A stretch of 54,048 nt of DNA, from NCBI GenBank assembly GCA_035943555.1, contig DASZCA010000366.1, positions 1-54,048 on the forward strand, given 5' to 3'. Of this stretch, positions 1-9,974 are shown one piece after another. This DNA comes from Verrucomicrobiia bacterium (lineage in GTDB: Bacteria > Verrucomicrobiota > Verrucomicrobiia > Limisphaerales > UBA11358). The notes under the pieces are model-generated. The model was given only the letters and a program-made list of their open reading frames with translations. It made no database searches and had not been told where the DNA came from. Each line of letters opens with the position of its first letter. Within the stretch, counting starts at the first letter, position 1. Made by a program: the position numbers and the translations under genes.

Positions 1-2087
1 AACGCATTGATAAATTCCTCGCTACGGATCGTCGCCGCCTCCGGCATCTGCCCCTTCTCCAAACTCGCCTCCGCCAGCTTGAACGACACATCACTGACAT
101 TCAGCGAGAACGTCGAGAACGCATTGTCAGTCGTCAAAACCTCCGGCTGCGGCACCGGTGCATTGGCCGGCGACCGGCGCACCGGTTTATCTGCCTTTAA
201 ATTATCTGCTATCTCTACCAGTGTGCTCTCCGGCACTCCTCCAGCAGCGTTGGCTTGGTTCTGCGGAACCGCCTTTATAATGTTGTCGCCCACGGCAACC
301 AGGGAAATATTGTCTTTTGCCAGCGCGAGCTGAACGGCTTGGATGGCAGTTTCTTTTGAGACGGCCGTTTGAATTTCAATCGGTGCCGCTGCTGGCAAAG
401 AAGATCTCAAAATGGTCTTCCCTGTAAGTTTTGCATAGCGGTCAAGCGCTTGATTAATATCCAACGTCTCCATGCCATTTGAGGCCACCGTATTAGTCGC
501 GAAGATATAACGCAAACCATCGGTATCATCCTGGGCCAACCCGGTTTTAAAAGTGTCCACGGTAGCTCCGTCAGTCAAAGAATGAGCACTGCCCAACTTC
601 ATTTCATTGCCGATATTTACGGACTTTGATTGATCAAATGACGACGCGGGCATCCCGAGGTCGCTGCGGTCATTTCCAGCGATATCGCCCGCGACTGGTG
701 TGCTGTTCGGTTGCGCTTGCTGCAACCCGCTAGTTAAAACCTGGTTCGCCGGCACATCAGGCATCGCCAGCGTGGCAGGCGAGTCGTATGTGGCTGCAGC
801 TGGTGCCCTGAGACCCGGCAGCGGAGTCACCTTGGAAAACCCACGACGGGCGCGTGACGCCGGTTCGGTGCTATGCAACTGTGACGCCCCTTTTGTGATT
901 TCACCGGCGTCATATTTTTTATCAAGCGCAAACTGTCCCGGCTGGTCGGCGGTAGACGCACCAGGAAAATGTCCGAGCGGAATTGATTCGGGCAAGGCAG
1001 CACTTTGCGTCTTCTGCGCGTCAAAATCGGTGCTGGCAAACCCACTGAGACTTTGAGATGAACCGCCACCACCGCCACCCTGATTGCGCAAACCGCCCGC
1101 ACCACCGGACGCGCTGGCAATCCCACTAATTGAGGCTGGCGACACGCTTGGCTCCTGCTGTTTTTCCACCTGTTTCAGGCTCAACAAGACATCAGCTTGA
1201 TGACTGTTTTGATCGCGTGTTGACGCGGCTTGGTCATCAAGCGCCAGATAGTACGCCGCCGCTGCGTCATTTGGGTTCTTGGCCAGAGCCTTGTTTAGCT
1301 TGTCCTTTGATTCTTCAAGTTTGCCCATTTCATACAAGAGCTTGCCATCCTGCACCAAACTGTCGGCAGGTTTGCTTTTAGCAACGATCTCCGTGACAGT
1401 CGCGGGGGTGCTGTCGGCTCTCAACCCATTAACATTTCTATAAAAACTTTGCGTGCTTCCAGATATGCCCCCAATGGCCGCGATATGTTCGCCACCTGAC
1501 GCATTGACTCCACCAACAGCCACCGTAGGTTCAGCCGCAGGCAAAACGATCGGCGCTGGCGGCGCTGCCAGCACAGGTGCGGTTGCCACCGTGACCACGG
1601 TGGGTGCAGCCGGAGCGGGCGTCGCTGCCGAAGTCTCTTCTTTCGATGACGATTTCATCGAAGACATGAATTCAAAATCCCCGGCCTTGCCCATTGATTT
1701 GCGTTTCGCCCCGCTCAAAACCGATAACGACATACCTGCCAGCACGGCCACAATCACAATCACCGCCAACACCGGCAGCAACGCCGGAAGCTTCATCGGC
1801 CGGATCCAAAACGATTCCTGCGGCCGCGGCGTCTTGAAATGCGCCAGCAACTTCTCGCGACGGTCGCCCGATAATTTAAGCGCGGCCTCTGCCGAGGCCG
1901 CCGGGGTTTTTTCCACCTCACGTACCAGACCGATGGTTGATTGCAATTCATCATGCAATTTCTTCAAGGAGACGTCCTGCGCGATCTGTTGCCGCAGCAC
2001 CGCCGCCTCATCCGCCGGCAGTTCGCCCAGCAGCAGCATTGTGATCCGCAATTCGAGTTCTTCGCGTGAGGAATTTTGCGGGTTCAT
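1..2087 (-). CDS. Anti-sigma-factor-like single-pass membrane protein, partial (C-terminus lies beyond the window start). Contains a TPR-like segment, a secretin-N0/STN-like domain and the N-terminal motif of YfbK-type vWA proteins.
   Basis: Absent from the supplied ORF track because it has no stop in the window. I translated the minus strand from ATG 2087-2085 down to base 1 and found no stop in about 695 codons. The ATG overlaps the sigma gene stop (ATGA at 2084-2087). N-terminus: MNPQNSSREELELRITMLLLGELPADEAAVLRQQIAQD. TM segment: LPALLPVLAVIVIVAVLAGM. N0-like segment: ETLDINQALDRYAKLTGKTILRSS...AIQAVQLALAKDNISLVAVGDNIIKAVP. The window edge reads FSTFSLNVSDVSFKLAEASLEKGQMPEAATIRSEEFINAF, the motif that precedes vWA domains. 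Confidence 0.75.
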   Translation of the reverse strand, partial: MNPQNSSREELELRITMLLLGELPADEAAVLRQQIAQDVSLKKLHDELQSTIGLVREVEKTPAASAEAALKLSGDRREKLLAHFKTPRPQESFWIRPMKLPALLPVLAVIVIVAVLAGMSLSVLSGAKRKSMGKAGDFEFMSSMKSSSKEETSAATPAPAAPTVVTVATAPVLAAPPAPIVLPAAEPTVAVGGVNASGGEHIAAIGGISGSTQSFYRNVNGLRADSTPATVTEIVAKSKPADSLVQDGKLLYEMGKLEESKDKLNKALAKNPNDAAAAYYLALDDQAASTRDQNSHQADVLLSLKQVEKQQEPSVSPASISGIASASGGAGGLRNQGGGGGGSSQSLSGFASTDFDAQKTQSAALPESIPLGHFPGASTADQPGQFALDKKYDAGEITKGASQLHSTEPASRARRGFSKVTPLPGLRAPAAATYDSPATLAMPDVPANQVLTSGLQQAQPNSTPVAGDIAGNDRSDLGMPASSFDQSKSVNIGNEMKLGSAHSLTDGATVDTFKTGLAQDDTDGLRYIFATNTVASNGMETLDINQALDRYAKLTGKTILRSSLPAAAPIEIQTAVSKETAIQAVQLALAKDNISLVAVGDNIIKAVPQNQANAAGGVPESTLVEIADNLKADKPVRRSPANAPVPQPEVLTTDNAFSTFSLNVSDVSFKLAEASLEKGQMPEAATIRSEEFINA

Positions 2088-2653
2088 GACACAACTCCCG
2101 TCTTCGCCAGCTCGGTGGCGATGGTTTTCAGCGCGTGATGTAAAATAAATCCGACATTGCCCACGGTCAGCCCCGTCCGCTTCGCGATATCCTTGTAGGA
2201 CAGGTCATCGGTGAATTTCAGCCGCACTAGTTCCCGGCTGCGTTCATCCAACGCGGCCAGGCTGATACGCACCAACCCGATGCCTTCCACCCGCAGCATC
2301 TGTTCATCGGGCGGCAGGGCGGAGTCAACCGGCTCGGCGAGAGCGGAAGAGTTTTCAGAATCAGAAGGAGGTTCCAGCGAAACCGTTTTGCCCGCCGCGC
2401 GCCGCTGGTTCAGCGCGAGATTGTGAACGGTGCGATACAGCCACGGGCGTGGCTTCTCGACCTGTTCAAATTGGGCATGCAGTTTCATGAACGCTTCCTG
2501 CACGACATCCTCCGCTTGCGCGCGGGCGCCAGTGTACCGCAGCGCATAGGCCAATAGCGGAGGCTCCAGAGCTGAGAACAGCTCCTCGATCGTCTCCCAC
2601 CCGGGCACTTCCGCGCTGGCTTCGTCTGGTCGCATCACGGCCATTTTCGGCAA
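2084..2653 (-). CDS. ECF-type RNA polymerase sigma-70 family factor
   Basis: 189 aa. Region 2 motifs DVVQEAFMKLH and RPWLYRTVHNLALNQRR. Region 4 HTH LSYKDIAKRTGLTVGNVGFILHHALKTI. 4-nt overlap with the downstream anti-sigma-like gene. Confidence 0.93.
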   Translation of the reverse strand: MPKMAVMRPDEASAEVPGWETIEELFSALEPPLLAYALRYTGARAQAEDVVQEAFMKLHAQFEQVEKPRPWLYRTVHNLALNQRRAAGKTVSLEPPSDSENSSALAEPVDSALPPDEQMLRVEGIGLVRISLAALDERSRELVRLKFTDDLSYKDIAKRTGLTVGNVGFILHHALKTIATELAKTGVVS

Positions 2654-3045
2654 AACTCCATGGTCAGGCTGGGCTGATACTTCACCGTCTCATCCCCAAA
2701 GGACATCGTGTACATAGGCTACGACACGCCAACGGACGGTTTATTAGAAGAAATCACTGGAAGCGAGCACATGTCACGGTCAAACCGGCTTTTTTGTTCA
2801 AAAAGACCGTAAAATCACATTGGTCGGAGCAAATCGGCTTCCCCCCAACGACAGATATCAGCTTCCTTGATTCAACAGCACATTGCTCAAGTCGAACGAT
2901 CATGCGGCGGTTGGTAAGCGGAAGGACTAGATCTGCTACCAATGACGATGATGCAACGTGGCCGGAAATCACGAATGTTTGTCTTGTAGCCATAAAAGGC
3001 CACATGACCATCCCCGGTTGAAGTGCGATTATGCTGGCCTAAACC

Positions 3046-4179
3046 ATGAAACCCTTGTCCGCCCGATTCCTTTCATCTCGTGCTGCCGCGATCGTTTTGG
3101 CGATTTTTTCCATCCTTTGCCGGGCCGATGCGCAATCCCCTTGGCCGGTGGACAAGGCCAACGCTTGGCAAGACCGGCATACTTGGCTTGTCGGTTGCAA
3201 TTTCACGCCCAGCACCGCCATCAACCAGTTGGAAATGTGGCAGGCAGACACCTTTGATCCCGCCACCATCGACCGTGAACTTGGCTGGGCCCAGCAGATC
3301 GGCTTCACCAGCGTCCGCGTCTTCTTGCACAACCTCCTCTGGCAGCAAGATTCCAAAGGTTTTCTCAAGCGGATCGATAAATTTCTCGCCCTCGCCCACC
3401 AGCATCATATCGGCGTGACCTTTGTGATCTTTGATTCCTGCTGGAATCCGTATCCCAAACTGGGCAAGCAACCGGACCCCACGCCCTTCACGCATAACTC
3501 CGGCTGGGTGCAAAGCCCCGGCCAGGAAATTCTAGATCACCCGGAGCGTTATGTGGAATTAAAAGCCTACGTCCAAGGCGTCATCGGCCATTTCAAGAAT
3601 GATTCCCGCATCGACCTGTGGGATGTGTTCAATGAACCGGATAACATGAACGATCCGGCCTACAACAAATTGGAATCGCCTGTGAAACGGGATTTCGCGC
3701 TGATCCTGTTGCAAGATACGTTCGCTTGGGCGCGCGAAATGAACCCGTCTCAACCGCTCACTTCCGGCGTGTGGCTCGGCCCTTGGGCGGATCCGAAAAA
3801 ATTGTCCGCCATGGAACGCGTCCAGTTGCAGAACTCCGACGTCATCTCCTTCCATAACTACGACCGGCTTCCCACCTTGCGAAAATGCGTGGAAAACCTC
3901 CGACGCTATCAGCGCCCCATCGTCTGCACCGAATACATGGCGCGCCCCGTCGGCAGCACCTTCGATCCCAACCTGAAATACCTGCACGACCAGCATGTCG
4001 CCGCCTACAACTGGGGCTTTGTCTCCGGCAAAACCCAGACGATTTACCCGTGGGATTCTTGGACCAAAACATACACCGCTGAACCGCCGCTGTGGTTTCA
4101 CGATATTTTCCGCAACGACGGATCACCTTATGACTCAAAAGAAGTTTCCTACATCAAATCTGTCACCGCTGAAAAATAG
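3046..4179 (+). CDS. Secreted clan GH-A (GH5-like) TIM-barrel glycoside hydrolase
   Basis: 377 aa. Signal peptide MKPLSARFLSSRAAAIVLAIFSILCRADA. NFTPSTAINQLEMWQADTFD...GFTSVRVFLH. Acid/base-type motif LWDVFNEPDN. Later TEYMA (nucleophile-like Glu). Confidence 0.85.
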   Translation: MKPLSARFLSSRAAAIVLAIFSILCRADAQSPWPVDKANAWQDRHTWLVGCNFTPSTAINQLEMWQADTFDPATIDRELGWAQQIGFTSVRVFLHNLLWQQDSKGFLKRIDKFLALAHQHHIGVTFVIFDSCWNPYPKLGKQPDPTPFTHNSGWVQSPGQEILDHPERYVELKAYVQGVIGHFKNDSRIDLWDVFNEPDNMNDPAYNKLESPVKRDFALILLQDTFAWAREMNPSQPLTSGVWLGPWADPKKLSAMERVQLQNSDVISFHNYDRLPTLRKCVENLRRYQRPIVCTEYMARPVGSTFDPNLKYLHDQHVAAYNWGFVSGKTQTIYPWDSWTKTYTAEPPLWFHDIFRNDGSPYDSKEVSYIKSVTAEK

Positions 4180-7100
4180 CTTTCCACTGACTGGCCGCTT
4201 AACGACGCGTCTCATCCTGGCCTTGGCCTTTTTGGCCACGGTCCATGTTGCTTTTGCTGCGACACCGCTCGTCTGGCTCAAGGCCGATGCCATCACCGGC
4301 ATCACCAGCGGATCGACCCTGCAAGCCTGGGTGGATTCCAGCGGCAACGGTTACCACGCCACCAACGGTGTCGCCGCCCAACGTCCCACCTATGTGACCA
4401 ATGCCATGGGCGGCAAACCCGTCGTCCGTTTCAATGCCGGCTCCAGCACCTCGCTCGCGTTTGCGCGCCCCGTACAGGATGATTTTACCATCGTCTGCAT
4501 CTTCCAAGGCACAGTGGGGCTTAATTCTGGCAGCTTGTTTTATCAGGGTGCCGGTCTGGTGAACGCCGAGATGCCCGGCGTCGTGAACGACTTCGGCAGC
4601 TGTCTCTTTGCGAACGGCTCGCTTTGCGCCGGCACTGGCAATCCCGATGTCGCCGTCAATTCCGCTGCCGGCTACGCCGATGGTCGCCCGCATGTCCTCA
4701 GCTTTGAACGCGTCCGCTCGACGGGCCTCGTTTCGCTGTATGTGGATGGCGCACCCGCTGGCACCGTCACCGGTGGCACGCAATCACTGACCTCCCCCGG
4801 CCGGCTGGTTTTGGGCGCACAACAGACCGCGCTCAACTATTTCACCGGCGATATCGCCGAAGTCCAAATTTTTAACACCGCCCTGTCCGGCACGGACCGG
4901 CAAGGTGTTGAAACCGTTTTGTATCAAAAATATGGCATTCCGCCGCCGGCGCCCACGGGGCTTTACCTCCAGTTTCAAGGCGGGCAACCGGCCCTCACTT
5001 GGCTCTCCAGCCCGGGGGCGACCAATTATTATGTGAAGCGTGCCACTTCTGCGGCCGGTCTCTTCACCACCATCGCCACGAATCTCGCCACTTCGTTCAC
5101 CGATAACACTGCCGCTTCCACGCAGGTTTATTATTACGTCGTTTCCGCCATCAACACCGTCGGTGAAAGCGCCAATTCAGTTGTCGTCGGGACGGATGCC
5201 CTCTTGGGTTCGCATGATGGCGCCGGGCCTTCCAGTCGCACGACCCCGATCGCCTTCTCTGAGATCATGTATAAACCGGCAACGCGGACGGACGGAAAAA
5301 ACCTGGAGTTCATCGAATTATATAACTCCAATCCCTGGTATCACGATATCAGCGGCTACCAGATCACCTGTGCGGATGTGACTTACAAATTTCCAGCAGG
5401 CACGGTGATTCCCGGTGCCAGCTATCTGGTCGTGGCCGCCGCGCCGGCGGATGTCCAATCCATCTACGGCATCACGAATGTCATGGGGCCATACATTGGC
5501 AGCTTGAAAAAATCCGAGACGCTCCAACTGATTGATGAACAGGGCGCCGTCTTGCTGACCGTGCCTTACTCGAATATTTATCCCTGGCCCGTCGCCGCCA
5601 CCAGCACCGGTCACTCCATCGTCCTCTCCAACCCCACCTACGGGGAAGGCGATCCGCGCGCTTGGGACATCAGCGACATCACCGGCGGTTCGCCCGGAAC
5701 GGCTGAATCCTTCCGCCCCGGTCCGTTGCGCAATGTGGTCATCAATGAAATCCTGCCGCATTCTGAAAATCCGCTGGTGCCGCAATTCATCGAGCTCTAC
5801 AACCACAGCACCCAAAGCAACGACGTGTCAGGCTGCATTTTGACAGACAATATCACGACAAACAAATTTACCGTGCCCGCCGGGACGGTGATCGCTCCCG
5901 CTGGCTTCGTTGCGTTCACCCAGTTTGGTTTCACCCTGAACGGCGCAGGTGGCACGTTGTATCTCATAAAGCCGGACGGCAGCCGCATCTTGGATGCCGT
6001 GCAATATGCCGGCCAGGCGGACGGTGTCTCCTACGGCCGTTGGCCGGATGGGGCGAATGATTTTTACGCCTTCACCACCAACACCCCGGCCACCAACAAC
6101 AGCGCCATTTTGGTCGGCGACATCGTCATCAACGAGTTGATGTACGACCCGATCAGTGAGAATGATGACGACCAATACATCGAGCTATACAACAAAGGCA
6201 CCAATTCCGTAAGCCTCGCTGGCTGGCAGTTCACCGCCGGCGTCACCTTCACCTTCCCCAGCATCACGCTGGCGTCAAACAGCTATCTGGTGGTCAGCCG
6301 CAACACAACCAACCTGATCGCCAAGCATCCGGCTTTGAACAATGCGAACACCGTGGGCAATTTCACCGGCAAACTGTCACACAACGGCGAACTCGTCGCC
6401 CTCGCCCGCCCGGCCACCTTGTACGGCACGAACATTCTCGTGGAGGACGATGAAGTGACCTACGGCACCGGCGGACGTTGGGGCGAATGGTCGGGTGGTG
6501 GCGGCAGCAGTCTCGAATTGATTGATCCAAAATCCAACCATCGCCTTGCTGCAAACTGGGCGGACAGCGATGAGACGCACAAGTCCGCGTGGACGAACAT
6601 CACCTTCACCGGCACGGTGGATAACGGGGCCAATTATGGTTCATCCATCGGTTACGCCCAGATCGGCGTCCTCGATATCGGCGAAGCGCTCGTGGACAAC
6701 CTCAGCCTCACTTCCGGTGGCGGCGCGAACTTGGTGTTCAATCCTGATTTTGAGGGCGGCAACCTGAACAACTGGAGTTTGCAGGGCGACCATGTGCGCT
6801 CCACCGTGGAAGGCCCCGGCGATGCTAGCAACTATGCCCTGCACCTGCGCGCTTTTGATCATGTTTTCGACGGTGATAATTCTGCCGAAATGACCTTGGC
6901 AGCCAACAGCCTTGCCTCCGGTCAGACCGCGACCATGGGTTTCGCCGCCCGCTGGCTGCACGGCTGGCCGGAAGTTTTGATGCGCCTCAATGGCGGCTGG
7001 CTGGAAGCGACCGGACGCCTGCCGGTGCCGGATGATCTGGGTTCGCCCGGAGTGACGAACAGCCGCGGGGTGGTGAACGCCGGTCCGGCGATTTATAATG

Positions 7101-9811
7101 TCACCCATTTTCCAGCGGTGCCGGCGGTGAACCAGCCCGCCGTCATCAGCGCCCGGGTCAGCGATCCGAACGGCATCCAAAATTTGACGTTATATTACCG
7201 GTTGGATCCGTCCACCAGTTACACCACCGTCCTGATGAAGGACGATGGCACCGGCGGGGATGCGGTTCCGAACGATGGCATTTTCAGCGCCACCATCCCC
7301 GGTCAGGCCGCCAACCAGATCGCCGCTTTTTATATCTCCGCCACCGACGGCCTGAATGCCACCAACCGCTTCCCGTCCTTGCGGCCGGCCGACAATGAAC
7401 CGCCCCGCGAATGCGTGGTGTTGTTTGGTGACGGCCAGCCCGGCGGCAGCTTCGGCACCTATCATCTGTGGCTGACGCAAACCAACGCCACCCGCTGGGC
7501 GAACCTCGGCAACCTGAGCAATGAAGGTATCGACTGCACCATGGTCACCGGCAACCGTGTGATCTACAACGCCCAGGCGCACTATGCCGGCAGCCCGGTG
7601 CATCAAGATTACGACATACCCAACGGTTCGCCCTGCACTTACAAATGGATGTTTAATGATGACGACAAATTGCTGGGCGCAACGTCCTTCAACAAAATCC
7701 ATTGGCCCGGCAACACCGCGGATGATCCGACCATTCAACGCGAACAATTCGCCAACACCTTCTTGCGTGCGCTGGGTGTGCCCTGGCTGAACCGCCGCTA
7801 TGTCGCCGTCTTTGTGAACGGCACCCGCCGCGGGCCGCTCATGGAAGATGCGCAGACGCCGGATGGCGACATGGTGAAAGAATATTTTCCTGCCGATACG
7901 GGTGGCTGGCTTTACAAGGTCGCACGGTGGTATGAGTTCACCGCGTTCCCCTCCGGCTACTCCATCGCCGACTCCTTGAAATCAGAAGCGATGCTGCTGC
8001 CTTACAACACCAGCGATGGCACCAAGAAAGTCGCGCGTTACCGCACCACTTTTGAAAATCGTCGCACGCCCACCTCGGTCAGCGATTACTCCAGTCTCTT
8101 TTCCCTGATCGATGCGGCCAGCACCTCGGGCCAGGCAAACTATGTTGCCAACCTGCAAAGCCAGGCGGACATGGAGAATTGGATGCGCGTCTTCGCCGCC
8201 AACCACGCCGCCGGCAACTGGGATTGCTTCGGCTCGGCCAGCGGACAAAATCTTTACATGTACGCCGGCACCCTCGGCACCAAATGGTCGCTCATGATGT
8301 TCGATTTCAACATCGGCCTGGGCATCGACGGCAGTTATTCACCCGGCCAAAGCCTGTTCACGACCTTGTCCGGCGATACCAACATCGCCGCCATGTATGC
8401 CGAGCCCACCTTCCGCCGCATGTACTGGCGCGCGTTGCAGGAACTGTGCACCACCGGCCCGCTCAACCTCGCCAACAGCCTGCCGTTGATCAATGCCAAG
8501 TACGCCATCTTCAAGACGAATGGACTGGCCGTCGAAGACCCGAATCTCAACCTGGTTCCGTGGGTCACCCAGGCCGCCAGCAGCATCGCCGCGCAGGTGG
8601 CTGCCATCAACCCGGCGAATTTCACCACCAACCCGTCGGTGCAAGTTTTCGGTAATCTGGCCTATGTCAGCGGCGTGGCGCCGTTCAATATCGCCACCAT
8701 TTTGATCAACGGCACCCCCTATCCGCTGACTTGGACCACCATCACCAATTGGACCCTTATCGTGCCGGCCTCCGTCATGACTAACCAGCCGTCCTTGGCC
8801 GCGTTGGATCACAACGGCAATGTCATCATCGGCACGCTGGCCAACTCAGCCATCCCTTATAATTTGCCGGGCGCCGTCTATTCGCAAAACTTCGACTCAT
8901 TGCCCAACCCCGGCGCCGTTTCAGTGAATGCCAACAACCCCGTCACCATCAAAAGCAACACCTGCTCGCTGGGCGATCCGTTTGACTTCGCCTTCGCGCC
9001 ATCTGCCACCGGCAACGGCGGCCTCGGCGTGGCAGCGCTGTCTGGCTGGCACGGTTACGGCACCCTGGCCGCCCAATTTGGCGCGACTGCCGGCGATCAG
9101 ACCACTGGCGGCAACATCAGCTTCGGTCTCGCCAACAGCTCCAACCGCGCCCTCGGCCTGCTGGCGACCAGTTCCACCGCCGGCACGGCTTTCGGCGCCA
9201 AGCTCATCAATAACACCGGCGCGAATTTGAATTACATCAACTTGAATTACACCGGCGAAGTTTGGCGGCAGTCGGACACGGCGAAGACCTTGCAATTCTA
9301 TTACTGGGTGGATACCACCGCCACCAATGCCTGGCCCACCGCTTCGACGGCCTACCTCCCCGCGTTGAACGTCAACTTTGCGACCATCAAAGCGGACAAG
9401 GGCGGCGTGGCCGTGGATGGTACCGCTTCCATCAATCGAACCAATCTCGGAGTGCTCAATCAAACCATCACCAACTGGCCGGCTGGCGCCGCCTTGTGGC
9501 TGGTCTGGCAGATGACCGACTCCACCGGCAAGGCCCAAGGCCTCGCGATCGATAACTTTAATTTTTCCGCGACCACCCTGCCGGTCAACTCATTCGGTCC
9601 CATCAACCTTGGGGTGGCTGGCAGAAATATCACCTTGGGCTGGCCGACCGTTTCGGGCGCCACCTATCGGATCCAGTTCAAAAACAATCTCACGGACACC
9701 GTCTGGTCAAACATGGCGCCGGATCAAACGGGAACCGGCAACCCGCTCTCGCTGCCGGTTGATACCGCGACGAATCTCCAGCGCTATTACCGTATTCAGC
9801 GGGTGAATTAA
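4130..9811 (+). CDS. Giant secreted multidomain protein: LamG-like lectin, FN3, three lamin-tail domains (LTD), CBM-like module, Ig-like module, CotH kinase-family domain, an unnamed module and the shared C-terminal module
   Basis: The track ORF is 3995..9811. I prefer ATG 4130 (MTQKKF...RLILALAFLATVHVAFA signal), which overlaps the GH gene by 50 nt. LTD cores: FSEIMYKP..LEFIELYN (~5254), INEILPHS..QFIELYN (~5740), INELMYDP..QYIELYN (~6128). CotH-like region ~7440-8480 (YHLWLTQTNATRW, FNKIHWPGNTADDPT, NWDCFG..QNLYMY). Ends in YYRIQRVN. Confidence 0.9.
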   Translation: MTQKKFPTSNLSPLKNSFPLTGRLTTRLILALAFLATVHVAFAATPLVWLKADAITGITSGSTLQAWVDSSGNGYHATNGVAAQRPTYVTNAMGGKPVVRFNAGSSTSLAFARPVQDDFTIVCIFQGTVGLNSGSLFYQGAGLVNAEMPGVVNDFGSCLFANGSLCAGTGNPDVAVNSAAGYADGRPHVLSFERVRSTGLVSLYVDGAPAGTVTGGTQSLTSPGRLVLGAQQTALNYFTGDIAEVQIFNTALSGTDRQGVETVLYQKYGIPPPAPTGLYLQFQGGQPALTWLSSPGATNYYVKRATSAAGLFTTIATNLATSFTDNTAASTQVYYYVVSAINTVGESANSVVVGTDALLGSHDGAGPSSRTTPIAFSEIMYKPATRTDGKNLEFIELYNSNPWYHDISGYQITCADVTYKFPAGTVIPGASYLVVAAAPADVQSIYGITNVMGPYIGSLKKSETLQLIDEQGAVLLTVPYSNIYPWPVAATSTGHSIVLSNPTYGEGDPRAWDISDITGGSPGTAESFRPGPLRNVVINEILPHSENPLVPQFIELYNHSTQSNDVSGCILTDNITTNKFTVPAGTVIAPAGFVAFTQFGFTLNGAGGTLYLIKPDGSRILDAVQYAGQADGVSYGRWPDGANDFYAFTTNTPATNNSAILVGDIVINELMYDPISENDDDQYIELYNKGTNSVSLAGWQFTAGVTFTFPSITLASNSYLVVSRNTTNLIAKHPALNNANTVGNFTGKLSHNGELVALARPATLYGTNILVEDDEVTYGTGGRWGEWSGGGGSSLELIDPKSNHRLAANWADSDETHKSAWTNITFTGTVDNGANYGSSIGYAQIGVLDIGEALVDNLSLTSGGGANLVFNPDFEGGNLNNWSLQGDHVRSTVEGPGDASNYALHLRAFDHVFDGDNSAEMTLAANSLASGQTATMGFAARWLHGWPEVLMRLNGGWLEATGRLPVPDDLGSPGVTNSRGVVNAGPAIYNVTHFPAVPAVNQPAVISARVSDPNGIQNLTLYYRLDPSTSYTTVLMKDDGTGGDAVPNDGIFSATIPGQAANQIAAFYISATDGLNATNRFPSLRPADNEPPRECVVLFGDGQPGGSFGTYHLWLTQTNATRWANLGNLSNEGIDCTMVTGNRVIYNAQAHYAGSPVHQDYDIPNGSPCTYKWMFNDDDKLLGATSFNKIHWPGNTADDPTIQREQFANTFLRALGVPWLNRRYVAVFVNGTRRGPLMEDAQTPDGDMVKEYFPADTGGWLYKVARWYEFTAFPSGYSIADSLKSEAMLLPYNTSDGTKKVARYRTTFENRRTPTSVSDYSSLFSLIDAASTSGQANYVANLQSQADMENWMRVFAANHAAGNWDCFGSASGQNLYMYAGTLGTKWSLMMFDFNIGLGIDGSYSPGQSLFTTLSGDTNIAAMYAEPTFRRMYWRALQELCTTGPLNLANSLPLINAKYAIFKTNGLAVEDPNLNLVPWVTQAASSIAAQVAAINPANFTTNPSVQVFGNLAYVSGVAPFNIATILINGTPYPLTWTTITNWTLIVPASVMTNQPSLAALDHNGNVIIGTLANSAIPYNLPGAVYSQNFDSLPNPGAVSVNANNPVTIKSNTCSLGDPFDFAFAPSATGNGGLGVAALSGWHGYGTLAAQFGATAGDQTTGGNISFGLANSSNRALGLLATSSTAGTAFGAKLINNTGANLNYINLNYTGEVWRQSDTAKTLQFYYWVDTTATNAWPTASTAYLPALNVNFATIKADKGGVAVDGTASINRTNLGVLNQTITNWPAGAALWLVWQMTDSTGKAQGLAIDNFNFSATTLPVNSFGPINLGVAGRNITLGWPTVSGATYRIQFKNNLTDTVWSNMAPDQTGTGNPLSLPVDTATNLQRYYRIQRVN

Positions 9812-9821
9812 AAAGCCCGGC

Positions 9822-9974
9822 CTATTTAAGAAATTTTGCCACCGCTTCGGTGCGCGAATGGACGTGCAACTTTTCATAGATGCGCCGCACATAGCTGCGC
9901 ACCGTGTGCGGGCTCACGTTCAAACTGTCGGCGATCTGCTTGTAGACCTGCCCGGCCGCGAGTTGCTGCCCTGC
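9822..9974 (-). pseudogene. Remnant of a LuxR/GerE-type HTH (C-terminal ~50 codons of a NarL-class regulator); no start codon or receiver domain
   Basis: My own minus-strand translation gives AGQQLAAGQVYKQIADSLNVSPHTVRSYVRRIYEKLHVHSRTEAVAKFLK*, with the stop at 9822-9824. The frame is closed by a stop at 9975-9977 in the middle of the first HTH helix. There is no Met and no upstream REC domain. Confidence 0.55.

Noticed and set aside
2654-2760. An ECF autoregulatory promoter upstream of the sigma gene (AAC-N15-CGTA on the minus strand).
   Set aside because: The match to GGAAC-N16/17-CGT-type consensus is partial and the spacing is off by one. It is not supportable without the group-specific motif.
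3995-4129. N-terminal extensions proposed by the track: 3995 for the CotH giant, 15432 (TTG) for the beta-helix protein, 18758 for the fibre protein, 27284, 32628, 36926, 37248 (GTG) and 43599 (TTG).
   Set aside because: Internal ATGs give canonical signal peptides or family-typical N-termini, and some have SD sequences. The extensions add non-conserved, Arg/Pro-rich or overlapping sequence.
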